64,000 nucleotides of DNA from Mustelus asterias. Its lineage: Eukaryota. The position numbers and the translations under genes were made by a program. The DNA lies in assembly GCF_964213995.1 (NCBI RefSeq), contig NW_027590261.1, forward strand, positions 434,001-498,000. Reading direction: 5' to 3'. Positions 48,521 through 63,470 of the stretch are shown one piece after another. Position 1 is the stretch's first letter. Each line of letters begins with the position of its first letter. A model generated the notes under the pieces. The model was not told the DNA's origin, searched no databases, and was given only the letters and a program-made list of their open reading frames with translations.

Positions 48521-51269
48521 ACATCTCTGTTAAATATCAGATCCATCAGGAGCATAGACACACAGATCTTGTCGTTCAGGTCCACAGATCCTTAAAAGTG
48601 GTAGCACAGTGGAAAAGCTGGTGAAGAAAGGATTTGGCGTGCTAGTCTTCATTGGATGGGGTATCGAGTATAAAAGTTGGCAAGTTATGTTACAAGGTTA
48701 TATAGAACGTTGGAATGGAATGGAAACCAACATATGGGCCAGCTAGAATAAGAGAGACAGGATCTGATATAACATGAGAATAAACAGTTATTTGTGTGAT
48801 CATTCTAGAAAGAAAGTATTTTGTTCAATAATAATTGGGAGGAGTCAAATGCAACAATACCAGAGATAGGTTCTTATTCAGAATTGACTGGCTAACGGTC
48901 CCTAAACATAATCATACAGAATTACAGCGTTAGAATTTGAATATTTGAACAACCGGCTCCAATGTATTGAGAAGAGAGAGTTCCGGGCTTGGGGTCAGAC
49001 TGGATCCTGATCGAAGGAAGCAATGAATCTTGGGGACTTAGCGCAGCTTTCTGTGTCATGGTAAGTGACACAGGGATTTGTGTGGCAAAGACACAGCGGA
49101 CACACCATGGCAAAGGCAGGAGTGACTAACTCCACCTGATTAAAAGCTGTTATTCCCAAGGTCGGTGGGGGGTGGGCGGGGGGGGGGGGGCGGGGGGGGA
49201 GGTGGCGGGAGTGGGGATAGGTGGAGGGGAAGAATCATGGTGGACTCAAGATATTTCTGAAATCTGAGGTAACAGTGTTGCATTTCTCAGAGGAACAGAA
49301 GATAATCTGTTCCTTCTCAATCTTACCAACAGTTCCCCATTTACAAAGACAGACAAGGGTCAGATCCGGCAGTTTGTAGAAACCCAGGTTTAAATCATCA
49401 GCTTAGGATATGTGATGACTGAAAAGTTAAAACATCAAAACCTCATCAGATGGAACAAAAGTGCAACAAATATGAAGGGTAATTGTGCTTTTCCTAAACA
49501 AATTCTATCCAGTGTTATTCTATTCATCGTGATGGTTTGTAAATAGCAATGAATTTATGAATGTTTGCTGGTAATCATCGACACACACAAACACACACAG
49601 ACATTCTGTTAAAAGACAGGTTAGTGCAAGAAGACAGCTGTATAAATATTGCATTTTATTCAATCTCTGTAAAGGACAGTGATGGATACAGAGAAAAAGC
49701 TAGGACAATGATATAGGTAAACTAGAAAAATGGGCCTATTCTCCATGATCCTTGAAATTTTACTCCATCAGGTATGTATCTAATTTGTTTTCCAAAGTTA
49801 CTGTGAAATCTGACTCCATCACTCTTTCAAGCTATTCATTCCAGTTCATAACAAGTCGCAGCATAAAAGTATGAATTATCCTTCTATCTTCCTGTTCAAT
49901 AAAATAAACACGTGCCCATTGGTTACCAACCCTCCTCCCAGTTGAAAAGGTTTTCTTTAGTTACTCCATTCCTACCATCATGACTTTGCACACTTTTATT
50001 AAATAGAGTCACAGGGCAATGGAGAAAGGTAGAGATGGGTCAATTAAAATGCGAATGGAAGACGGGATGCTGACAGTTAAAAGAAAAAAAAAGCAAGTTA
50101 AAGAGGAAAGGTAATTGATAAAATAATGAAAGGCAGCAAGCTATCATTTCCCACCTTCACAGAACGGAGGGAACTCAGTGACTGATCCACTGACTATCCA
50201 GTTATGTCCTGGAATGGAAATTTTAAATGATTACAAGAGGCTCATTTGTAAATGTCACCGCAATGTGATCTGTGTGACTCTGCCCTGACTCTGTGGACAG
50301 ATATAGGTCACATTGACAGATGTTCTCGCCAGATTGTTGCTGCTGGATTTATTTTCTGCTCAGAAGTGAGATGTGAGGTTTCGAACCAGCAGCAGAAAAC
50401 AGGAAGTTGTGTTACCTGAGAATGAAACAGCTGGCGTCAGTTTGATGTTATCACCGTGAACAGTCTTTCTGCCTGTGAGGGTGAACTCTCTTCTGACAGC
50501 ATCAAGAACAAATACGCAGACTGCTGCCGCTCGCAGCATTATATTTACCTCCATTCCCATTTTAAACAATTAAAGAAAGGACACAATTTGGGTTTTAAAT
50601 GCATTAATTGAAGGGGAGATAGCCCGAGTTTTCTTACTGGGAGAAAAGAAGGTAAATTAAAGCGATATTTTTCCCAAAGAGTGTTTTAAATTGAAAGTTT
50701 CAAGTTGTTAGGTGTCGTTTGAAATGAAGCGAGGAGAGACGCTCAGTGAGCGAGCTAATGTTCTTCTGGTACTGAATTTTCCTCTGATGAGAGTTTTGGG
50801 TTTCGTACTTTCAGTCACAAGGTGCAAACTTAAACATTTGTTTTGTCAAGTTCGGTTCTTCGGTGCCTATGTAAGTGATTTCATGGAAACTGAGAGAAAG
50901 AAGGGAGACTATCTGCCATAGGTAGTTTGAGACCGAGAAAAAGAGGATAGAAATTCAGTGAGTCATTTGAAAGATGCATTGCCTTGGCAGCGGAATGGCC
51001 AGCTGTACATCACTTTCAAGAGCGTCCAAGGCAATTCATTGCATTTAGGTTTTGACTGAGGAATAGTTTAGTAAAACTCCTCTGAACGTTTCCCAATGCA
51101 TTAACATGTTTCTACAGATAAGGAGACAAGTAATGTACACAATATTCGAGATATGCCCAATGCACTCGCCAATGCCCAATTTTCCGATCTGTGTGTCGTC
51201 AGCAGATTGAGCATCCATATCTTCACTCCCTTCGTCACTGCAGAAATCATCCCACTGAAATGTTTCTTG

Positions 51270-52500
51270 AGAAATTCGGCCAGAATGCATTTGTTCAGGT
51301 CAAATCGTGTATAATTAACTTGCTTGAGTTTTATGCTGAGTAACAGAGATGGTTTCTGAGGGTATTTCTCTTAATGGGCGTCCAAAGGTCATGTGATACG
51401 GTGCTGCACCACAGCCTTGTGAGTAAATATGGAGCTCACAGAATAAAATGAACAGGAGCACAATGGATAAGAAATTGGCTGAGTGCCAGGAAACAACTCG
51501 TAGCTGTTTTTCGGACTGGAACAAAGCTTGTAGTGAAGTTGCCAGGAATAGGTTATATGACTCTTGATCTTCCTGACATAGTAATGACCGAGAGCTTGGT
51601 ATGGAGGGCAGGCTTTCAAAATCTGTGAATGATACAAACCTTGGAAACATTACCAACCATCAGTAGATCATGCAGAACTTCAAAACGAAAAAAAAACTAA
51701 TTGGTGGAATGAGCGTGAAATTGGGAGATTTAACTTATTGCGGAGTAAAGTTACATGATTAGTTTTGTTAAGCAGAATGTGAAGAGACAAATGGAAATGA
51801 GGAAAACGCTATGAAAGTGAGTGTAGATGCCGAGGGACCTGAGTGAATGTGTGCATAAATCATGCATGGTGGAAGACAGGTTGAGACAGCCTAAATAAAA
51901 TAGTTAATAGTCTTTGTCTGTTGGGGAAAAGAATACAGAAGCAAGGAAGTTATGCTATATTTGTAGAAAGCACTGGAAAACAGTCAACTGAAAAATTGGA
52001 TTCAATTCTGGGCACCAAACGTCAGACAGAATGTAAATCCAATAGGCTGGAATCAGGGGAAAACACGAGAATAATTCCAGAGATCAGAAACTTCAGTGAG
52101 GAAAATATATTGGAGAGGTTCGGACTGATTTTCTTGACAGGAAGTTACTACTGTAATCCTATTGAGGCCTTCAAAATCCTGAGGGGTCTTGACAGAGTAG
52201 ATAGAGAGGAATTGTTCAATCGTAGATGGATTTTGCAACCGGGGGCGCAGGCTGAAGTTAATTGTTGAAAGAAGCATGGAGACATAACGAAAAACATTTT
52301 CAGACGGTGAGTGATTCAGATTTGGAATGTGCTGTTTGAGAGTCTGGTGCAGGCAGCGCCAATTGATGGTTTCAAAATGGGATTGGATTATTGTCTGAAA
52401 ATGAACAAAATGCTGGACTGTGGGGTACAGAATGTTATTGGATGAATTCCTCCTTTAATGGACCAGCACATACATGACGCTTCAAAATGGCCTTCTTCTC
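51270..52500 (+). mobile_element. highly decayed CR1 LINE
   Basis: Recognisable RT-to-tail remnants (ATTCAATTCTGGGCACC, GGGGTCTTGACAGAGTAGATAG, CAAAATGGCCTTCTTCT). Confidence 0.6.
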
Positions 52501-55500
52501 TGCTGTAAATACTCTTGGAAAGGAGGGACAGTGGCGCAGTGGCAACATCACTGGGAGAGTAATTCTGAGGGGAAGCAATTTTCTCAAGATATATGTTCAA
52601 ATCCAACTGCAACAGAAAGTGGGTTTTACAATGCAATTGCAATTTTGAATTTAAATCTGGTTTCCGTAATTGCGGCCAATACAAATAATATAACAGATTC
52701 TCTAATGCCCAGCAGAAAAGGGAACCATCCATCATTTCCCAGTTTGGCCCATAGCTGACTCCAGGCCCACACGTGCTTGGCGCTTGCATGCCTTCTGTGA
52801 TTATCTAGAAAACCAATGAATTCAGAGTATTAGCGATTGCCAAATTATGCTGGCCTTGCCAGCTGCGTATACAGCCCATGAAAGAATAAGAAACAGCAAC
52901 TAAAATCAGCATTTCACAACATCTGCAATAGCAAAGGACGTCCAGGAGATGGCAGTGAAACCGTGCTCTTTGGCACGACGCGAAACAGATCGTCTCAGTT
53001 ATTGCTGCAATAGACTCAGTCTTTGTCCATCCGAAACTAGACCTAGTTTATATGACACAAAATCATATTTCTGATTATATGACAATAATTTTCAGTTGAT
53101 TCTGTACTCAGCAAAACCCTAGTTGTTACTATACTGCACCAAGCCTCATTTGATATTACATTGCTGGAACCTGCAACGTATAAAGGAACATCGACAATAT
53201 CTCAATCACTGCTGCACCAGTCCACCTCCCTGTTTATACCGAATAATATCCTGTCTCTAATTATTGTTCTATTTCATGACTCGTTTATTGCTCCAATGCC
53301 CCTCTGAAAGTTTATATCAATCTAAAGCCTTAGTTTGAAATTATTTCATCAGCTTTGTCTCACTTTATATCATACAATGCCCAGAATCAGGCAAAATTAC
53401 ACTAGGCTCGGTGGCAGTTTTATTGCGCTAGATGCTTTCTCCTTTATTACTGCACCAAACCATACCACTGTTCATTTTACACATTATCCCTTCTCAATTA
53501 TTGCTTTACTCTGCATTGCCTCGCTTTTTATTCCACTGGACCACATCTCTGTTTATATCACACTAAATCATATCCCTATATTCTGATAGCGTCGATGTGA
53601 GTTTACATTACACTCGAACCTGTCCCAGTTTAAATTATAGTGCACATTGTCTCTGCTTACATTGGAATAAACCTTGACTTTGTTACAGCTGCGTACTGCA
53701 TGTCTCTGTCTATGTGAGAAAACACCACGCTGGTTAGTACTACGCTCTACCCGCTCTCAATAAACACTGAACTGGACCCAGTCTGCATTCATATTAGTGC
53801 AGGTGCTGTATGAATAATTGGTGCACTCGGCCCTGCCTCTGTATTACTGCACAAAACCCGTCCCTCGTTTATATTACAACAGATCGTATTAGATGGATTG
53901 GCCATGCAAAATTGCCCGTCATTGTCCTTCGGGTATGTGGATTAGCCATGGTAAATGTATGGGGCTAACAGGGATAGGGCAGAGGGGAGGGCCTGGGTCG
54001 GATGCAGACTCGGTGGGCCAGATGGTCTTTTTCTGAACTGTAGGGATTCTATGGTTCTATGTCTGAGAAATATCACATCAATTCCTTGCTTAGACATTTG
54101 AGTGCCTATTTATTTTAACTATTTTTTTTCCAATTACCCCCTTTGGAGAAATGATATATTTTATCAATTTCCCTTCAATTTTCCCAGTGATAACCTTCAG
54201 TCCATCTCTGCATTCCATGAGTGTATGAAAACACCAAACAATTCATATATTTCACTGAAGAACGTTTAATATGTAGCTATTTATCGACAAACATTCTGTT
54301 GTGTGCTCTTGTACACAAAATGATTTCAGTCTGACTATATTGTTCCCAGCGTTTCCTTATCTGTCTTTCGAGACCTGTTGGAAAATGGATAAATCACATC
54401 TCGAATGACGAGGAAATTACAGGCAATTGATCTTCTCAGAGTCTCACTGAAATTCCTGATATATTGTGCTGATCATGTGCTGATTTGTGAAAATGATGGC
54501 GAAAATGACCCTGGACATATAGCCGACAGGAGGAAATTGCACCTGTAATTCCCAGACTTCATTTTCCTATTGATGTAAAGGATTGAAACATCTACTGCTC
54601 TCCGGAGAAGGAACAATATTTCCGTTTAACTGTTACATTCGCCAATTCCTAAATATTTTCTACTGTGTATAGGTTGTACAATCTCGGTAATACGATGAAT
54701 CAGGATCAGGTGTATCATAAGGGCGGCCAGACCTTGTGTGATATAAACAGTGATATTGCCTGGTGAACATGGAACGCAGCTGTTCAAGATGGCACCTGAT
54801 CATCACTTTGTCAGGGGCAATTAGGGAAGGGCAACAGATGCCAGTGATGCCCACATCCCATAAATGATTAAAAATCATGCAGTAACAACAGAGACAGAAA
54901 CCAATTTTATATATAGACAGATATGCTGGCGCAATGATAACATAAACTGGCCGGGAAAGTCATGCAAACCAATGTATGGGACATATAGAATAAGAGAGAT
55001 AGAACATGTTATAACATTTAAATAAACATTTTTTTGCATGTGATCATTCTGGAAAAAAGTAATTTGTCCACAAATAACTGGCAGGTGTCAAACGTAACAA
55101 AGCCAGATATAGGTTCCAATTCACAACTGATTAGGTTACGGTTTCCAAAAATAATCATAGAGAATGAGGACATTATAATTTGAATGCCCTTCCCCGGTGT
55201 ATCACTAACAGAGACAGCTGGGCCCGGAGTCAGACTGGGAAGGAATCACTTCTAGGGCCTTGCGCAGGTTTCTTCATCATTACGACTGATGCAGGGATTT
55301 GTTTGGCAAACATGGATTGGAAACCGATGACAGCCGCAAGAGTGACTGACTCCAACTGACTAAGGGCTGTTATTCCCAATGGGGGTCAATCATGGTGGAC
55401 TCCAAATATTTCTATTGTCTGAGGTAACAATGGTGAATCTGTCAGAGGAACAGAAAATAACAGGTTCCTTCTCATTCTTACGAACAGTTCCACATTTACA

Positions 55501-57784
55501 GACAGAATTAGGACATGTGAAGAGTGAAAAGACGAAGTATGAAAACATCATCGGAAGCAAAAAAGAACAGTGCAATAAATGTTAAGGATTATTGTGCTTT
55601 TCCTAAACAAGTTCGATCCAACGCTAATTCGTTCAAAGTGATGGCTTGTAAACAGAATTGAATAATTGAATTTCGGAATGGTTCCTGGCAAATGTCCACC
55701 CCCCCCCCCCCCACCTCCACCGCCCCCCTAACCGCCCACCATCCGCCACCACCCCCCACCCCCGCACCCCAGCACACACACACACACACATATACACAAG
55801 TGTTGTCAAAAGATAAGATATGCACAAGACGACAGCTGTATAAATATTGCATTTGATTCAGTCTCAATGAAGGACAGCGGGAGACACAGAAACGATGCTC
55901 GAACAATGACATATAACATCCATTAAAATGGACCTATTCTCGAAAATCCTTCAAATTTTAACACCATGAAGGATATGCTAATTTATTTTCCAAAGTTACT
56001 GTGAAATCTGGTTCCATCGTCCTTTCAAGCTCTTTATTCCAGTTCATAACAACTCTTGTGTAAAAGTAATCAATTAAATTTCTGTCGCCCTGCACAATAA
56101 AATAAATCTTTGCCCAGTGGTTACCGACCGTCCTTCGAGTTGAAATATTCTCTCTTTAATTACCCCACTCACAACTTCATGATTTTGAACACTAATAAAT
56201 GTGTTCAAAAGACTCACAAGGAGATAGAGAGAGAGACACCGGGAGAGTTAGGAGAAAGAAAAACGGGATGCTGACAGATAAAAGCTGAGGAACAAAAAGT
56301 CAATAGCAGATGGAGAGAAAATGGTCAAACAATGAAAGATAACAGTCATCATTCCCTTCCTTCACGGAACCCGAGGGAGCTCAGTGACTGGTCTACTGAC
56401 CATCCAGTTATGTCCGGGAATGGAAACTCTGAACAGATCACAACAGACTCATTTGTAAATGTCGCTGCAATGTGATCTGTGTGTCTCTGCCCCGACACTG
56501 TGGACAGATGTAGGCCGCACTGACAGATGTTCTCAGCAGATTGTGGCCCCTGGATTTATTTTCTGCTCAGAAGTGAGATGTGTGGTTTGGAACTGGCAGC
56601 AAGAATCGGGAAGTTGTATTACCTGAGAATGAAACAAACGGGGCTAGTTTGATGTTATCACCGTGAACAGTCTTCCTGCCTGCGAGGGTGAACTCACTCT
56701 GAAAGCATCAAGAACAGTCACAGAATTGCTGCCGGTCTCAGCATTACATTCACTTCCATTGCCATTTTGATGAATCAAGAAAATGATCATATTTGGGGTT
56801 TAAAAAGGTTAATTGAAAGGAAGATGGACTGAAGATTATCACTGAGAGAAAAGAGGAATAATTAAAGCAACATTTTTTCCCGCAGAGGTGTTCTAAAATA
56901 TAAACTTTAAGTGTGTTAGGTGTTGTGTGAGAGAAATCGAGGAGAGAGTTTAAGTGAGTGAACTGGTCTGTTTCCGGCACTGTATTTTCCTCTGTTGAGA
57001 TTGTTGTGCTTCATCTTTCCAGTCACAAGTTGCCATAAGCATAAAAATTGAACATTTTTTTGAACTAGTCGCCAGATCCGGCTCATGGGTACCTGTGTAA
57101 GTGAGCTAAAGGAGACTGAGAGAGAGAAGAGAGGTTATCTGATTTAGGTACAATCTGAGACAGAGCAAGAGAGGAGAGAAGTTCAGTGAGTCATTTGAAA
57201 GATGCATTGCCTTGGCAGCGGAATGGCCTGCTGTATATCACATTCAAGAGCGTTCAGAGCAGTTCATTAACTTTAGGTATTGACTGAGGCATAGAATGTG
57301 CAATTAAATACTGAATAAATTACCATAACATGCTTAAAAGTAATTGCAATTATTTACATAGCGGTTAGGACTGGCACCTCACATTGTTACGGGCACAGGT
57401 TCCATTTCGGCCTTGTGTAACTGTCTGTGTTGTGTTTGCACATTCGCCCCGTATGTGCGTGGGTTTCTGACAAGTTTACGGCTTTCCTTCTGCAGTCCAA
57501 AAATGTGCGGGCTAGGAGGAGTGGTCATGCTGAATTGCCCCTGAGTGTCCATTTGCAGTGCAACGTGGTATACGTTAATTGAGTTCTTCAATCTTTTTTG
57601 AACAAGAGGATGTTACAAGATTCATCCCAAGCTTTCAACAAATTATTGCACATAATACGAGAGCAAGTAGATATGATGCGCAATAACTAATAGTTATTAA
57701 CAAGATGTAACGCATTCTTCCAACCCCTTTCATCCACACGAATACATTTCGTTTCCTAAGATAGTATCTATCTATTTTTTTAAA

Positions 57785-58055
57785 GTTCATTTATTAATCA
57801 CATGTCGGCTTGCATTAACACTGCAATAAAGTTACTGTGAGAATCCCCCAGTCGCCACACTCTGGCACCTGTTCGGGTACACTGAGGGAGAATTTGACAT
57901 CTCCAATGCCCCTAACTATCACAAGTTTGGACTGTGGAAGGAAACCGACACAGACACAGGGAAAACGTGCAAACTCCACACATATAGTGACCAAGCCAGG
58001 AATCGAACTCGGGACCCTAGCACTGTGAGGCAGCAGTGCTAATCACTGCGCCATC
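57785..58055 (-). mobile_element. V-SINE (alternative tail)
   Basis: Reverse complement of the family at 20876-21150; further copies at ~61790-62065 (-) and ~62797-63090 (+). Confidence 0.8.
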
Positions 58056-60819
58056 CTGCTAGCTTGCTCTTGCTTTTTTCTCATCCATCAGACGCATTTT
58101 ATAGAAAATTAATAACTGAGACCGTGCCTGCTTTATTATTAGGACCCAATGTAATGCAACGTGAGGTACGGGTGTGCTCAGTAATGCATGCCGTACAGCC
58201 TAGAACAATAATATCTGAGATGGAGCCTAATGTAACATATGTGGACTCTTGATTAAGCAACAACAGCTCAGAAATGATTATTGTTGTAGCATATATCACG
58301 GCATGTCTTTGTGTAATATAAATGAAGCGGCACGTAATGTAATGTAAACAGATACAAGGTCTATTGCAACAATGATTCAAATGAGACAAATGCGGTATAT
58401 AAAGAGACATGACCCAGTGCATTACTGTACATGCCTGCACTAAATGTGTTATTGCAGTGAACAGTGTCAAGTTACTGAGACAAGGTTAATTGTAGCACAT
58501 ACAGAAGCAAAGCCCTGTGCATTAATAAATTAAACTTCAGGTTGCTTTACAAACACAGATACAATGCTGAAAGAAAGATAAAACGAGATATGGTGTAGTA
58601 CAGTCATAACTGAGACCACTCCTGTGCAATAAAAAAAATACATGGTTAAATGCAGTAATAGCGGAAGGAGGGGCAGTGTAATAAAACTAAACTCAATGTA
58701 TAGTGAAATATAGGCATATACATGGTCGTACTATAGTAAGAAATTTTAAAAATGGTCATTCGTATATTCCACAGAATCATAACCTAATTCAGTAATAACG
58801 GTATATGATCTAATATTATGAATCCGAGATGATGAACTGCAGTGTTGATTGAGGAAAGACAGAGAGAGAGTGAGAGAGATGGACAAGTACACTAATACCA
58901 CTCCATTTATGCTTAATGATCTGCTGAGTGTTTCTGGCATTTCCTTTTTCATATCCCATGCATCCGCAGTAGCTTGTTTTTGAGCAACGAGATATTTGAA
59001 CTGATTACTAAAAGGATGGTCAAAAAAGGGGCGGTTTTATGGATTGATTTAGACGGGGAAAGGGAGATAAGGACATTTAGGGTGGGAATAACAGAGTTTA
59101 GTGCCTAAGCAGATTAACACATCCCAAACTGAAAAATAATTTTGAAGTTAAGAATGGAAAATGCAGAAAATTTATATTTTTAAATTCTATTCAAACATAA
59201 CTTGTTCTGTGGCCATTTCGTTTTATTTCTCTCTGAAACAGATGAGCAATTAATCATTAGTTAGAAAATTAGCCTGTGGGAGCCCATCCGGCGATATTGC
59301 GAGTGCACAATTCTGTCTCGTACCGTCAGTGTGTCAGTTGAATGCTATTAATAAAATAAGACAGGCGAAACAATCATTATCGCTCAAATCTGTGTCAAAT
59401 TGGCATAGTGCAACACAATATTCAACTAATAAAATGGATCAGAACAGAGGTTGCCTGAAGATATTGCAAAGAGCACTGCACCATTGTTCATATTGACCTG
59501 TCCCTCAATGCCAGTTAATCATTGAGAAATTGTTATAACGTTCACGCGAAATATTACACACACAATAGCAGAGTGATTAGACGTTTCTCACAGCTACTTA
59601 TAGATATTAGCAAAAAATGAACCTACTCTTCCAAACAAGAATGATTGGCATCGGACGGGCACGCCCACATGTATCGTAATTGATAATAGCTCGACAGGCA
59701 ACATATTCATGCTCCCATGCTGGATAAACAGAGACAGATTCTGATGTATTGTAAAGAGACAAATCCTGTGTAATATAAAAGAGATGGGATCCGACTTACT
59801 ATAATCACATCCGTGGTCCACTCTAGGACTATTTAAGAGGACCTAATGTAGCATAACAGAGAGATGGCTGAGTGCAGTATAACAAGAAAAACGACCGAAT
59901 GCAGGATAAAGAGAGACAGGGTCCGCTGCCGTATCATTAAAGACTGGGTCTGGTACAACATAAATAGAAGTATGGACCGGTGTAATGTAATCAGAGGGTT
60001 GAGTCAGTTAATTAATAACTAATAAAGCAGTGTCTTCTATACACTGGCCCTATTGCCAATGGATAACATTTTCTTCCTAATGAGTAAAAGATTCTCATTC
60101 ATAACTTTTAACTTCTGTACTAAATCTCCCATAAACTGCTCAGTTCTAAAGGAAACAAACGCAGCGTTCAGCTGTTCTGATAGTGCAGCTCACGCATGAT
60201 GAACGTCAAGCTCCATACCACCTTCTGCCTCGCATGTTTCCCGATGTCATTTTCGGAATTGATGAAACTTTCACATGGATTCTCATTAATCAATGGCATC
60301 ATGTCAGAATAAGATTCAAGGCTAAGGAAAGACTTGCTTCTGACAATTAAATGCATCAGTGCAATATTGGACACAGATCTCAGAGTTTAGACACACTGAG
60401 CTCAATGTCATGTCAAAACACAAACTGTAATCGGTTAACAGTCTTATCTCAGTGGAATTAACATCATGTTGGAGTCAAATAGCAATGTGTTCAATTCCCA
60501 CAACAGATACCTGAGCTCATGATACAACCTGAGACCAAGTGCTGAATGTTCAGTTGTTCCATTATTGGACGTGATGATATTTCAGTCTAAGGTGTAGCAT
60601 AGCAATATTATTATTAAGCTTGTATTCCAGAAGCTTGAAGTAATGCTCTGCGGGCAAGGGTTCAAATTCCACCCCAGAAACTGGGGAATTTCAATTCAAT
60701 TAATTGATTAAGCTGAATCAAACAACGTTGTCTAATTAATAACAATCATATTTCGCCAAAGCTCATCTTCTTCTCTGATGTATTTTAGGAGAGGAAATTT
60801 TACTTCTTACTTGTAAGAC

Positions 60820-63470
60820 ATATAAAATTGCCAGAAGAAGGAACAAGCCTGAGGGTTTGGAACGTTTTAAAATTCAACAAAAGAAGACACAATGTGCGAG
60901 GGGGGAAATAGAGTATGAAAGGAAAATGGCAGGGAGCATAGAAACTAATTGTAAAAACTTCTCTGAATATCTGAAGAGACAAAGATTAGTTAAGACAAAT
61001 TAGGTAGCTTACAGTCGGAATCCAGGGAAATTATAATGGGGAACAAAGAAATGTTGGATGAATAGAACACAAAGCTTGACTCCAGCTTCACAAAAGGGGA
61101 CACAAATATCCTCCCAGAAATGTGAGGGAACCAAGAGCTAGTTGGCATTGAAGAACACCAGTGCTAGTAGCAAAATCATGCTGGGGGAATTAATGGGGTG
61201 AAATGCTGATAAATCACTAAGGCCTGAGAATCTATATCCCAGAGTATGAATGGAAATGGCCCTGAAAATATTGGGTGCATTGGTGTCATCCTCTAAAATT
61301 CTATACACTCTGGATCAGTTCCTAAAGATTGGAGGGTGACAAATGAAATCCCAACATGTACAAAGGAAGGGAGAGTAATAATGTTGAATTACAGCCTGAC
61401 TTTAGCATCAGTGAAGATGTTGGAGGCTGTTATCAAAGACATGATAGCAAAATATTTGGAAAGCATTAACGGAATTTGATGAAGCCAGCATGGGCTTAAG
61501 GAAGATATGTAATTCGTAACAAACATACTTGCGTTTTCTGAGGCTGTAAATAATAGAATAGGGAGGGGGAAGGGAACCAGGGTATGTGGTGCATTTGTAC
61601 TTTCAGAAGACGTTTGAGACGGTTCATCGTACAATATTAGTAGGTCAAATTAAAGCACGTGGGATCGGGAGTAATGTATTGACATTGGTGTAGAATTCGG
61701 TGACAGATAAGAAACAGAGAATGGAAATACATGGGTCTTTTTCCGAGTGGTAGTCAGCGAGTGATGGGGTACTTCAGGATCCCGACTTATTTTATTTATT
61801 TATTAGTCACATGTCGGCTTACGTTAACACTGCAATGTAGTTACTGTGAAAAACCCCGAGTCACCACACTCCAGCGCCTGTTCGGGTGCACTGAGGGAGA
61901 GTTTAGCATGGCCAATGTCCCAAAGCTGCACGTCCTTCGGATTGTTGGAGGAAACCGGAGCACCCAGAAGAAATCCACGTTAGCCCGGGGAGAACGTGCA
62001 GACTCCGTACAGAAAATGACCCAAGCCGGGAACCGAACCCGGTCCCCCCCGGCGCTGTGCCACCGTGGGATCTGGATAAGGAAATCAAATGTAACATGTC
62101 CTCAGCGGCTGGCGATATATAACTATGAGCTATGAGGAGGGTGCAGTGACTTGTGAGCTGTGAGGAGGATGCAGAGGGGCTTCAATGTGATCTGGACAAG
62201 TTGTGTGAATGGGTGAACATGTGGCAGCTGCAGTACAACGTGGTTCAATGTACAGTTATATACGTGTGTAATGCACAAAACAATATATATTTGGAAGTGT
62301 GATGTACAAATGGATCTGGGTATCCTTGTACACCAACCAATGAAATCGGAGAGGTATGTACAGCAAGCAATTAGGAAGGCCTTCGTTGCAAGAAGATTTG
62401 AGTTCGGAATTAGGGAAGTCTTACTGCAGTAATGCCGGGTCTTCATAAGACCACATCTGGTGTAATGCGTGTAGATTTGGTCTCCCTCCCTAAGAAAGGG
62501 TCTCTGGCGAGTGCAGCTGATACCCGGATTGGTGGGACTGTCCTATAAGGCGAAATTGATTCGACCGGGCCTGTATTCACTTGACTGACCTGATGAAGGA
62601 GCAGCGCTCGGAAAGCTCGTGATTCCAAATAAACATGTTGGACTTTAACCTGGCGTTGCGAGACTTCTTACTGTACCCACCCTAGTGCAACGCTGGCATC
62701 TCCACCTCATGTATTCACTCGTGTTTAGAAGGATGAGAAGGTATCTGATTGAAATACATAAAATTGTGATTGAAACATTCAAAACATAAAAAACGAGGGC
62801 GGTACAGTGGCACAGTGACTAGCACGGCTGCCTCTCAATGCCAGGGACCTGGGTTCGATTCCCACCTTGTGTCACTGTCTGTGCAGAGACTGCACATTCT
62901 CCCCCTATCTGCGTGGGTTTCCTTCGGGTGCTCCATTTTCCTCCCACAGTCAGAAAGACGTGCTGATTCGGTGCATTGGCCATGCTAAATTTCCCCTCAG
63001 CGTACCTGAACAGGCGCTGGAGTGTGGCCATAGGGCCTTTTCAAAGTAACTTCATTGCAGTGTATGTCTACTTGTGCATTAATAATAAATGAAGTTATGA
63101 ATAATTAAACGAATTCTAACAGGGCTGGGCAGGCAAGATGAAGGAAGGACGTTTTCGCTGGTTAGGTAGTCTCAAACCAGGGATGCAGTCACAAGACATA
63201 GGGTAGCCAATTTAGGACAGAAATGAGGAAATATTCATTCACTTCAGAGGCTAGTGAACATACGGAGTGCTCTAGCACTGAAGGCTTTGGATGTCATGCC
63301 ACTGAATAGATTCAAGAAATAAATCGATTTGTGATGAGATTTTAATGGTATCAGGGGGTGTGGGCAGAATCCAATAATGTGGCCTTGAGATAGGAAATAA
63401 TCCATAATCATGAAGACTGATGGATCAGGTTCGACTGGCCTCCTCCGGCTCCTAATTTCTATGTACCTAA
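60820..63470 (+). mobile_element. decayed CR1 LINE with nested SINEs and a Penelope-type repeat
   Basis: Remnants of DKSPGP, DWRV.N and RPHL motifs and the 3' tail; interrupted at ~61790, ~62590 and ~62797. Confidence 0.7.

Larger units (their letters stand above)
45320..57292. repeat. local segmental duplication: copy A ~45900-51062, copy B ~52100-57292, partial third copy ~45320-45875
   Basis: Collinear matches, e.g. 46055-46148 vs 52298-52392, 47020-47090 vs 52912-52990 vs 45467-45545, 50346-50500 vs 56552-56710, and 50955-51000 vs 57183-57228. Confidence 0.85.

Noticed and set aside
55379-55585. Short ORFs in the duplicated block as a possible protein gene
   Set aside because: Frame not conserved in the paralogous copy (~49160-49480) and no recognisable domain
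56474-56545. D-segment-like layout CACTGTG-13 nt-CGCACTG (copy A: CTCTGTG-13 nt-CACATTG)
   Set aside because: No credible nonamer at 12 or 23 nt on the 3' side, and each copy has only one good heptamer; better explained as E-box-containing non-coding DNA
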